Part shown: piece after piece, positions 37,526 to 46,096 of the stretch | How positions within the stretch are numbered: the stretch's first letter is position 1 | Layout: every line of letters starts with the position of its first letter | IMG/VR virus record: IMGVR_UViG_3300017991_000010 | Coordinates: 30,029-94,028 of that record | Length of the DNA stretch: 64,000 nt | Source: a virus | Direction: 5' to 3' (one strand) | Notes under the pieces: model-generated | Databases searched by the model: none | What the model was told of the DNA's origin: nothing | Seen by the model: the letters and a program-made list of their open reading frames with translations, nothing else | Made by a program: the position numbers and the translations under genes

Positions 37526-38250
37526 GAGTCGGCTTCTACTTGGTCAAGGACAGGCCGCGCAGGGTCCGTACCTTCATGCGCGCCGCGCGCTGGTGGCGCC
37601 AGCAGTGCTACGGGGACGAGGTGCGCATGTTCGCCTTCGCCGAGGGGCAGGACGTGCTCGCCGTGCTCGAGGACTTCCCCGACGACAGCCTCGAGCAGGT
37701 GGCCTTCTTCTGCCACGGGATCTCGTATGCGCTCGGCCGCCCCGGCAGGCTCGGCTTCGACGTCAGGCCCAAGCGCTACTCGCCCCCCGAGATCTGCGCG
37801 CACACCGAACTAGCCGAAGTCCTCGCGCGCAAGATGAAGCAAGGCGGGCTCGTCTCCCTCTGCGCGTGCCTGTGCTCTCGCTCGCCCCGCTGGCGCATCC
37901 GACAGCTCTTCGGCCGCATCCTCGACCCGTGGTCCCCGCAGTCCTACAAGGACGGGGGCGACGCCTCTTTCTCCTCGCGCTTGTGTCGGACGATCGACCG
38001 CATCGGCAAGCGCGTCCAGGTGCGCGGGCACGTCGCTGCGGGGCACACGATCAACCTCGCCTTGCTGCGCCAGCACGAGGGCGACGAGGCTGTGGGGCGC
38101 GCCTTGTTCCAGATGGTGCACGGCACCGGGACCAAGCCAACCTTGCGTTTGCGCCGCCAGTGGAATAGGATCGTGCGAGGCCGGCTGGCCGCGCGCTGGC
38201 TCTTGGGCCTGTGTGAGGTGGACGATGTGCGACGAACTCTGCAGCGATAG
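37522..38250 (+). CDS. Caspase-fold-like (HG...C) protein B
   Basis: VAFFCHG and VSLCACLCS; paralog of 34785. Confidence 0.55.
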   Translation: MRVGFYLVKDRPRRVRTFMRAARWWRQQCYGDEVRMFAFAEGQDVLAVLEDFPDDSLEQVAFFCHGISYALGRPGRLGFDVRPKRYSPPEICAHTELAEVLARKMKQGGLVSLCACLCSRSPRWRIRQLFGRILDPWSPQSYKDGGDASFSSRLCRTIDRIGKRVQVRGHVAAGHTINLALLRQHEGDEAVGRALFQMVHGTGTKPTLRLRRQWNRIVRGRLAARWLLGLCEVDDVRRTLQR

Positions 38251-38368
38251 CCTTCCGACCTGCCCCGAGTGCGGCTCCGAGCTAGAAGAGCGCGGCGGCC
38301 TGCGCTACTGCCTGGACTGCTCGTACCAGGAGGAGATCCCCGACGACCTCTTCTGCGACGCTACCTAG
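38225..38368 (+). CDS. Small zinc-ribbon protein (47 aa)
   Basis: CPECGSEL...YCLDCSY by manual translation. Confidence 0.5.
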   Translation: MCDELCSDSLPTCPECGSELEERGGLRYCLDCSYQEEIPDDLFCDAT

Positions 38369-38928
38369 GCGGGGGGCGGCGCTGGGTTCTGGAAGGTAAA
38401 CGCCTGATAGCTATCGAGCACGTCCCATGTGCCGGCCTCGGCACAGCCTACCTCCAGAGATCCTCCGATCACAGCCATGCGTGCGAAGAAGGCGCCTTCG
38501 TTGCGGAAGCCTTCGCCCCCTTGAGGTCGAATGTCTAGGTTGACGGAGTCCCACGCCTGCGTGAAGTGGTAATGCAGTCCAACGGTGGCCGTGGGTAGGT
38601 TGAGCGTCCAGTCACTCTCCGAGGCGGTGTTGATGATCCACTTGCCTGTATCATCAGCCAAGATGTTGTAGGGAGAGGACGCAGGCGCGACGATGTCCAG
38701 TAGCCCATCATCGCCTGAGGCCCCGCCTAGCGCCTCCCACCCGCTGGCGCCGTAGATGCGGTACAGGCCCGAGGTGCTGTTCTTGTACAGCAGGCCAGGG
38801 GTGAGGGTGGTTGTTGCCTGCTGCTGCACGGCCGAGCCCGTCGGGCGCCAGCCCATCGACGAGATAAAGGCGCTTGCAGCCGCGTCCGATGCAAACTGTC
38901 CGATGTAATGGGGGACGAGCGTGCTCAT
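38365..38928 (-). CDS. Fibre/decoration protein with the shared N-terminal anchor
   Basis: HYIGQFASDAAASAFI...GW; TLNLPTATVGLHYHF fibre-type motif. Confidence 0.65.
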   Translation of the reverse strand: MSTLVPHYIGQFASDAAASAFISSMGWRPTGSAVQQQATTTLTPGLLYKNSTSGLYRIYGASGWEALGGASGDDGLLDIVAPASSPYNILADDTGKWIINTASESDWTLNLPTATVGLHYHFTQAWDSVNLDIRPQGGEGFRNEGAFFARMAVIGGSLEVGCAEAGTWDVLDSYQAFTFQNPAPPPA

Positions 38929-39233
38929 ACGTACACCTTTCCAAGCTCTGTGGCTGACGGCTCTGGCTCGTGCTCGCCGTGGGGGAGCATCGCCGCCTTG
39001 GTCGCGTAGCTCGCGCCCGTGAGGATGAGCGCCGCGAGCCAGGGCTTGTCGCTGAACGCCGGGACGGCCCAGAGCCCTAGAGGGACGCCGATGGCCGTGC
39101 CGACGAGGCCCACGATCGTGAGCTGCGTCGCGAGGTCCTTCTGCTCGTCGCTCAGGACGTGCCGGCCGACGAGCACGCCGCCGGTGGTGAGGATCGCGAG
39201 CGCCCCGAGCATGCCAAGCTGAGCTTGAGTCAT
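38925..39233 (-). CDS. 3-TM membrane protein (holin-like)
   Basis: 102 aa, three hydrophobic segments, coupled to the M23 gene. Confidence 0.5.
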   Translation of the reverse strand: MTQAQLGMLGALAILTTGGVLVGRHVLSDEQKDLATQLTIVGLVGTAIGVPLGLWAVPAFSDKPWLAALILTGASYATKAAMLPHGEHEPEPSATELGKVYV

Positions 39234-39883
39234 CGGTTCCACCTCTCGCGCGCGTAGGCCGTGCCATTGGAGCGGAGCCACGCCACGGGGTCGAGCCTCC
39301 GGGGCGTGCGGCCTAGCCGCGGACGTGACCAGGGATGCACCTCCATGTGCAAGTGCGGCCCCATCGCGGCTGCCTGCCCTGGCGCCCAGTCTGGCGGCCT
39401 CCCGCCGGGGCCATGAGTCGTGGCACCCACGTCGCCGATGCGCCAGCCGGGGACTACGCTCTGCCCCACGCGGACGCGGATGCGGCTCAGGTGGCCGTAG
39501 AGCGTGCTCTGGCCGTCCCCATGATCGATCTGGACCGTCTCGCCGTAGCCGCTGATGGGGCTGGCGTGGACGACCGTCCCGCCCTTGACTGCGTAGATCG
39601 CCGTCCCGACAGGTGCTGCGATGTCGACGCCCCAGTGGGGGCTGATCTCGCCCGCGCCCGTGCGCCGCTGCATGTCGAGCCCGCGTACGAAGTTGCCCTG
39701 TGCGAGGACGTACTGGGCCGCGCCGCGCGTTGTGGTTCGGGGGGCCTCGCCGGGCTTGGTGCCGGGGCTGGGAAGCGTGCCGCCTGCGGCGAACCACTCA
39801 CGAGCTGTGCGGCGTTTGAGGGCGAGGATGGCAGCGACACCGAGGCCGGCGCCAGCAGCGGCTAGGAGGGCTCCACCTGGCAT
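39230..39883 (-). CDS. M23 peptidase (endolysin or entry enzyme) with N-terminal anchor
   Basis: HWGVD, GYG, TLYGHL, GPHLHMEV. Confidence 0.92.
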   Translation of the reverse strand: MPGGALLAAAGAGLGVAAILALKRRTAREWFAAGGTLPSPGTKPGEAPRTTTRGAAQYVLAQGNFVRGLDMQRRTGAGEISPHWGVDIAAPVGTAIYAVKGGTVVHASPISGYGETVQIDHGDGQSTLYGHLSRIRVRVGQSVVPGWRIGDVGATTHGPGGRPPDWAPGQAAAMGPHLHMEVHPWSRPRLGRTPRRLDPVAWLRSNGTAYARERWNR

Positions 39884-39888
39884 TGGAC

Positions 39889-39918
39889 ACCTTTCCGCCG
39901 GGCACCCCTAGGGTACCA
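39889..39918 (-). promoter_or_regulatory. Extended -10 plus conserved leader CCCGGCGGAAAGGT (copy 1)
   Basis: TGgTACCCT-7nt-motif-5nt-ATG. Confidence 0.65.
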
Positions 39919-39933
39919 TGATCGCGCGCGATG

Positions 39934-39942
39934 TGCTAGACT
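39934..39942 (+). promoter_or_regulatory. Extended -10 element, leaderless
   Basis: TGcTAGACT, 6 nt before ATG 39949. Confidence 0.6.
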
Positions 39943-39948
39943 CGTGGC

Positions 39949-40557
39949 ATGCCACGGATCAAAGGCCCTCGCGAGACCCGCCAGCTGCTATTCTACGACA
40001 CGCTCCTCCTGGACTACCGGGAGGACCCTTATCTGGAGTCCTACCACTGGGAGTGGGACAAGCAGACGACCTACCCGGGCATGATCTTCGTCAACATGTT
40101 CCAAGCGGCGTCAGGGGGGGACCTACGCGTCACCAACATGGAAGGCCTCGGGTGCTTCCCCTTCGATCAGAGCGCGTCCGTAAACGGGCTTGACCTGCAC
40201 TGCGCCTTCAGCGACCCTACGATGATCCGAGACCTGTTCCTGGGCTGCACATTCGAGCTGTTCGTCGCGCAGATGTCTCAGACCAACCTGCCCTTTGCCG
40301 CCTTTGCCGACCCAGCGCGTTGGGAGTGCTCGGAAGCGGGAGTGCCCGTCACGGCCTACCCCCACGGCATCTCGGCTGGCTATCCATTGCAGACGCGTCC
40401 CATCGACATCCCTCCACGACAGAACTTCCGCGTGGTCACCTATCTGGACCGCGCGTTCGCGGACAAGCTCTGGACCCTCTACGAGCGCAAGGAGCGCGGC
40501 ACCTTCGCCATGATCCGCATCGGGCTTGACTGCCTCCTCACGCGGGACATCCTGTAG
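39949..40557 (+). CDS. Paralog of the putative major capsid protein (1965-2576)
   Basis: MPRIKGPRETR, TNMEGLGCFPFDQ, ELFVAQ, PPRQNFRVV and terminal RDIL all match. Confidence 0.8.
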   Translation: MPRIKGPRETRQLLFYDTLLLDYREDPYLESYHWEWDKQTTYPGMIFVNMFQAASGGDLRVTNMEGLGCFPFDQSASVNGLDLHCAFSDPTMIRDLFLGCTFELFVAQMSQTNLPFAAFADPARWECSEAGVPVTAYPHGISAGYPLQTRPIDIPPRQNFRVVTYLDRAFADKLWTLYERKERGTFAMIRIGLDCLLTRDIL

Positions 40558-40845
40558 CCTCGCGCCATGATCATGGGGCGGTCAACTGCCCAGGGGGTCG
40601 AGCGTCCCAGGCCAGAGCGGCGGAGGGGCAAGCCGAAGGAGTAGTCGGGCGCCTCCGGCCAAGGCTGGATCGTCTCGAGCAGATCGTCGATGATGCTAGC
40701 CTTTGCGCGCGTCACGCGTACCTCACGTAGAGCGGGACCTGACCGTGCGCGGGGCAGACGTAGGCGACCTCGCCGCAGCACAGCCGGACTAGGACCGCAC
40801 GCCGGCCGCACTCGCAGGCGAGCACCTTGCGCGCCGGGCGGCGGG

Positions 40846-41247
40846 CTACTCGACGTCGCACGCGGGCCTCCGCAGCGACCGGATGTCATCGCGGATGATG
40901 CGCAAGTCGGAAGCCCTCCCCGCAGCCGAGATCTTGAACTGCTCCTTGATGATCTCGATATCCTTGGTGTGCTCGTTGACCATGGTGCGCGTCTCGACGG
41001 CCTGGTCTCGGTGCTGCGAGCAGGTGACCAGGAAGCCGCCAGAGAGGCCGATGAGCGCGACCGTGAGCGCGATGCCCCAGGTGCGCAGGCCCTTCCAGCG
41101 GCTCTCGTGGACGGCGCAGGGGAGGTCCGCGAGCTGCTCGAGGTGCTCCTTGATCCAGCGCACGTCGGACTCGAGCGCGCCGGCCGCCTTCTCGCGCGCG
41201 AGCTTGTCCTCGAGTGGCAGGCTGTCTCGCTTCTTGGCGGCGGCCAT
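40846..41247 (-). CDS. Single-TM coiled-coil protein (lysis-module-like)
   Basis: WGIALTVALIGLSGGFLV. Confidence 0.6.
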   Translation of the reverse strand: MAAAKKRDSLPLEDKLAREKAAGALESDVRWIKEHLEQLADLPCAVHESRWKGLRTWGIALTVALIGLSGGFLVTCSQHRDQAVETRTMVNEHTKDIEIIKEQFKISAAGRASDLRIIRDDIRSLRRPACDVE

Positions 41248-41450
41248 CAGTCCTGCGCCATGACCAGGCGCTTGGCCTTCTCGGTCTCGAGCGCCATGAC
41301 CTCCTCGGACTGGAGGCGCTCGCCAGGTGGGAGGACCTGCTGGACCTTCTCGAGCTTCGAGGGGTCGCCGTTGACGTAGGCCTCGACGGCCTCGGTGACA
41401 GTGGAGACGAGCGACTGGATCAGCCGCCCCAAAACCTGAGTGAAGTTCAT
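41247..41450 (-). CDS. Small helical protein
   Basis: Coupled ORF with SD GAGG. Confidence 0.6.
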   Translation of the reverse strand: MNFTQVLGRLIQSLVSTVTEAVEAYVNGDPSKLEKVQQVLPPGERLQSEEVMALETEKAKRLVMAQD

Positions 41451-41454
41451 GGAT

Positions 41455-41967
41455 CTACCTCGAGAAGTAGGGGCCGGCTACAGCGCAGGCCTCGTCCAAC
41501 ATGCCAACGACGGTGCGCACCTGCTCCGGGATGCCGTCCACGCCCGCAGCGTCGAGCGCTTCGAGTAGATGACTCGCTGCGTCACCGACGCCGTCGCAGA
41601 AGGGCCCCCACTCCTCAGGCAGCTCGCCGCCCTCGATCCAGGCCGTGAGCGCGCCCTGGGCCGTGAGGAGTGCCTCCTTGATCACGCGCAGTGCCCTCGT
41701 CACCTGGGCCAGGGGCTCGAGCCGAACGACGAGCACGCTGAGCCAATGCTCGGGCGGCATCTCGACGGGGGACTCGAGGCGCTCGCGACGGACCTCGTGG
41801 GCGATCTCCTCGACCATGGGTGGGATGCGCGAGGCAAGCTCCTGGTCGACGGCCGCGACCACGTGGGCTGCGGCGGTGAGGCTGGACTGCACGGCGACCT
41901 GGGCGCGCTGCTGGCTGCAGGAGCACAGCACGAGGGCTAGTGCGAGCAAGAGGGCATGGATACGCAT
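41455..41967 (-). CDS. Lipoprotein (possibly spanin-like)
   Basis: Signal peptide with lipobox LCSC; helical. Confidence 0.65.
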   Translation of the reverse strand: MRIHALLLALALVLCSCSQQRAQVAVQSSLTAAAHVVAAVDQELASRIPPMVEEIAHEVRRERLESPVEMPPEHWLSVLVVRLEPLAQVTRALRVIKEALLTAQGALTAWIEGGELPEEWGPFCDGVGDAASHLLEALDAAGVDGIPEQVRTVVGMLDEACAVAGPYFSR

Positions 41968-41972
41968 AGAGG

Positions 41973-42002
41973 ACCTTTCCGCCGGGTCTCTCTAGTGTAT
42001 CA
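41973..42002 (-). promoter_or_regulatory. Extended -10 plus conserved leader CCCGGCGGAAAGGT (copy 2)
   Basis: TGaTACACT-7nt-motif-5nt-ATG. Confidence 0.65.
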
Positions 42003-42455
42003 GTCGCGCGCACGTTCCTCAACCCTCGCTTTAGTTTCGTGCCCAAACCGCCCCAGCAGCCAGCGCGCGATGTAGTCGGTCACCGACGCCGGGTGCGGGA
42101 TCTCGGGGTTGCTGCTGCGTCCGGGCATCATGCCGCAGGGCTCGAAGCGCTTGCCGATCTCGCCCCGGACCAGGACCTCGAGCGGGATGCCGTGCTGGAG
42201 TCCCTTTGACACGGCCGTGCACCACGCGTCGACAATCGCGCTCAGGGTCGAGCCTGCCTGGCCGATCGAGCAGAAGACCTCGGCGAGGCTGCCGTCCTCG
42301 TAGGGGTTGGCCGTGAGGTAGATGTCGGTCTTCACCGAGCACGCTGTCTTGCCGTCTGGGCCCACCTCTGACGAGTAGATCACGACGTGGTGGTCGATGC
42401 CCTCGCGCGTGTTTGGGAGCCTGTGGCGGGGCGGCTGGGGCGGGGGGCTATCCAC
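42000..42455 (-). CDS. Stand-alone class II ribonucleotide reductase C-terminal (TSCPD-type) domain
   Basis: RLP..R.G, YLTANPYEDG.L.EVF, GSTL, SKGLQHGIPLE, RFEP.G, S..DYIARWL. Confidence 0.8.
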   Translation of the reverse strand: MDSPPPQPPRHRLPNTREGIDHHVVIYSSEVGPDGKTACSVKTDIYLTANPYEDGSLAEVFCSIGQAGSTLSAIVDAWCTAVSKGLQHGIPLEVLVRGEIGKRFEPCGMMPGRSSNPEIPHPASVTDYIARWLLGRFGHETKARVEERARD

Positions 42456-43377
42456 CGCTGTCGTTGCCCAGCGCAGCCTCGCCAGCTTGCGTGATCACCC
42501 AGCCGCTGGGATCGTGGGACCATGCAGCCGGCCCCATGTCCTGAAGCTGTCGCAGAAGCCTCCCAGCAGGGCGAGCGTAGTGCTGCGGCAGCCGAAAGGA
42601 CCTACCCCAAAGGAAGAACCCTAGCCAGCCAGGTAGTTTGGGCTTCTGAGTGAGCTGCGAGAGCATCTTGTGCTGTGCGACGGTCAGTTCCATCGTTCGT
42701 CCGTGTCTCTCCTCCCTTATCGCGCATCTCCGGGCTCCCCCAACTGCCGAAGACGCTCTGCCATGAACTCGATCGTCGACTGCCGTCCCCCCTGCCACCA
42801 CGGACTGATCACGCGATCGATCTCGGCGAGCAACTCGGCGCGCATCCTAGACACCTCCCGGGGATGGCTCGGCGGACGGAATGCAGTAAGCGACGCCTCA
42901 CACGACCTGGCGCAGTCATAGGCCTCCTCGGATGTCGAGTACAGCCTGCTGCAGTAGAAACACTCGTAGCCGTATTTCTCCTCGAGCATCCGTCTCTCCT
43001 CTCCCCTACTTCTTGTGTCGTCGCCGCCCAGTCCTACTCCCACAGACGGGGCACTTGGCCCACTCGGCCACGATCTGCATGTCGCATGGCCAGCACCAGA
43101 AGGCTCCAAGACGAGGCGCGCGGACCTGCTCGCGGTTGCTGCGCTTACGGCCCCACTCGTCCTCGCCCCGCTTGTGCATCTTCGGCTCTCCCTACCGAGT
43201 CTAACGCACCTCGGCCGGAAAGTCTTCCCCGAGATCACCTACCGGGATCACCACGGGCTCGAGGCGCATGATCTCGCGGGCCTCTACCTCGCCACCGTCG
43301 AGCCACCAGAGCGTGACGACGCAGGCCGCAATGATAGCAGCGATCAGCGAGGCGATCATCTGGAGCCGGCCGCTCAT
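42448..43377 (-). other. Small genes: 42448-42693, 42717-42989 (Zn finger), 43006-43179 (Zn ribbon), 43201-43377 (TM)
   Basis: Manual translation; CxxC pairs; SD or -10 element upstream. Confidence 0.55.
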
Positions 43378-43527
43378 GAGGGGGAGACTACCGCGGCTTG
43401 CGGCGCCTGTCCAGAGGAGAGTGCATCAGGAAGTACGCCCGCCAGAGCATGCACTGGAGGCACAGCCACTTACGGGAGACGTGATCGTAGATCCAGAAGT
43501 ACGTGCGGCAGGTGGGACAAGGCTCGA

Positions 43528-44367
43528 TCAGAGGGACACCTCGGAGAAGGCCATCTCGCGCGTGGCGGGGATGATGGTGATGCAGGCGTGGCCGATGGGC
43601 GTCGCCTGGTAGCCCTTCATCTCGCCGTAGCCGCCCTCGCCCTCGGAGTAGGTCCGGAGGTAGGTGCCGGTCATCACGCCCAGCTGGGACGCGTTGCCGA
43701 TGCCCTCTTCGGTCTGGCGCAGGCGGATGGACGTGACCTTCATCGTGTCGTGCAGGTGGCCCATGAGGACGAGGTCGCTGTCGACCATGTCGCAGTACTT
43801 CTTGAGCCTCTGCATCTTGCCGCCGGGCGTGGCCGCATTTCCCGCGCCGTGGGTCGCGAAGACGGACAACTTGGCGCGCTTCTTCGTGGACTTCTCGACA
43901 AAGATAAGCGTGAACAGGCCCGAGTAGCCCAGGTAGCGGCACCCGAGCCGGTCCGCGATCGCGCGCCCGAGGTTGCGGTGCGTCTTGACGCTCATCGTGT
44001 TCTCGTGGTTGCCCTTGAGAGCGCCGATGATCTTGCCAGGGCCGCCGGCGCTGCCGCCGCGCAAAGGGCGAGCGACGGACGCGATCTTGTCGATCAAGAA
44101 GTCGGCCCAGTCGCCCAAGTCCTCGACCTTCGCGTCCTGGCACACCGCCATCGGATCGAAGCGGTTATCGCTCGGGATGATGAACTCCCCGAGGTCGCCC
44201 ATGAGCAGCACGATCGCGTTGCGCTTGCGCCCGACCCTCTCCATCGTCGCCCGGAGACGGTTCTCGGCGCACCCCCGGGCGCCTAGGTGCCAGTCCCCCG
44301 TGGCATGGATCTCGTAGGGCTTGGTGAGGTCGTCAACGACGATCTCGGTTGGCGTGAATACCTGCAT
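43528..44367 (-). CDS. Calcineurin-like metallophosphoesterase
   Basis: GDWHLG, MGDL, GNHE, THG, GHLH. Confidence 0.9.
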   Translation of the reverse strand: MQVFTPTEIVVDDLTKPYEIHATGDWHLGARGCAENRLRATMERVGRKRNAIVLLMGDLGEFIIPSDNRFDPMAVCQDAKVEDLGDWADFLIDKIASVARPLRGGSAGGPGKIIGALKGNHENTMSVKTHRNLGRAIADRLGCRYLGYSGLFTLIFVEKSTKKRAKLSVFATHGAGNAATPGGKMQRLKKYCDMVDSDLVLMGHLHDTMKVTSIRLRQTEEGIGNASQLGVMTGTYLRTYSEGEGGYGEMKGYQATPIGHACITIIPATREMAFSEVSL

Positions 44368-46093
44368 CTATCGCATCTCCTCCTGCAGCATGGCCCTGAC
44401 CAGGTCGATCGCCTGGTCCAGGGCGTTATTGGGCGGACCGCTCGACAGCATGCGCTCGGTCACGCGCTTGATCATCTCGGGCATGTCGCCGAGGGCGGGC
44501 GCCGTCGCTTCCTCGGCATCCTCCTCGAACTCGGCGTCGATGACGTCGGGGTCGGTCAGGTCGATCGTATTCGGCTCTGTTGGCGGTTTTGGTGACTTCT
44601 TCGGCGGGGGCTGAGAGGGCGCAGCTGCGTCAGGTATCGGGCGCGCCCGCCGGATCGACCCGTCTGGGTTCCTTCGACTCTCGGCGTACTTCTTGTAGCA
44701 CCCGCTGCACCTGCCAGTACCAGCGCCTTTGCAGTACTCACCGCAGTCGATGCAGTACCCTGCCTCACCCTTCTTGGGGCCGCCGTTCTTCAGTGGCATC
44801 TCTCTCACTCTCCTCTCTGCCCTAGAGTCGGTATCGGTCCGCTCCGGGCGTTACGGTACTTGGCGCGCTTGAGGCCCTCGAGCACGTCTCGCAGCGACCT
44901 TCTCACTCGAGCGGATCGCTGGCACTCTGCGCACTCTCCCTTGAGCCGCGTTTCCCTACCACAGGTGACGCAGCGTCGTTGCACCTTGATCTCCACCATC
45001 TCCGCATCCGACGGAGTCGATCCGAACGTGATCATCCTAGATCCTCCAGGTACTCAGCGAACACCTCGGCGACCTCGGGGGCAGGCCGCGTCTCCATCGG
45101 AGTGAAGAGCTGGCACTGCGTGCACGTGAACGAGCGCCAGTTCTCCTTGGCCGCCTTCCAGAGGCACTCATCGTAGAACGGGCACGGGTAGGGACCGTCG
45201 CCCGGCCCCTGCGCCCTGTGCTCGTCGACCTTGGCGTCCGTGCCCAGCTCCTCGCGCAGCCTCACCGGGTTGGGCTTGCCCGGCGGGATCAGGGACTTCA
45301 CTTGAGCATCCCCAGCCCGCGCGCCTGGGCAGCCAGTTTGAGGACCTGATCGAGCCGGATGGGCTTCATGATCGACACGTCGCGCAGGTTGACCTTGCCC
45401 CCGGGCGTGTTCGGGTTGAGGTTGCGCCCCTCGCCCTTGTAGCTGCCGTAGCACTTCGGGCAGTAGGCGTGGAGCAGGTAGCCCGTGGTCGTCTTGATGA
45501 TGTCGACCTCGGCGCCGGGCGTCTTGCCTATGGGCTGGTGTTGCGCCATGCGCGAGAGGTCGTCCATCGAGAGAATCCCGTAGGAGTGGTATGTGCAGGT
45601 GGTGCAGTCCATCGGGACCGTGACCACGCCCTCCTTCACCATGAGCTTGGGGCGGTCGGGGTTGCGCTCGTCGTCGTGGTGTCCGATCGAGCCCTGGTTC
45701 CAGATGCTACGCATGTTGCTATTCCTCCTCTGGCCAAATGTAGCCTGTCTTGATCTCCTCTAGAAGCGCCCAAAGGGCCTCCTCGATACAGTCCCCGTTC
45801 CGCGTGAGGCTCTCTGCCGTGCCGCGAAGCCGTGCCGTAGCGCAGCCCTGCTCCGCGTCTGGGCTCTGGACGGCGAAGACCGCGTCGTATTGCTCGAGGC
45901 GCTTTGCCTCGGACTCGGTCAGCCCCTCGTCAAATCCCCGGAGACCTTGCCTCTCTCCGATGAACGCGCGCGACCAGCAGTTGGGGCACCACAGGACAGG
46001 CTTGCGGCGCTTGTCCGGCTTCAAAGTCGCCCCGTGAGTCAGGCAAAAGGGGCAGAAGACCTTGGAACCATCCTCCTCGAACTTGAACTCCAT
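44368..46093 (-). other. Five Cys-rich hypothetical genes (44368-44808, 44805-45035, 45032-45301, 45298-45714, 45719-46093)
   Basis: Coupled ORFs, each with CxxC motifs. Confidence 0.6.
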
Positions 46094-46096
46094 GTC

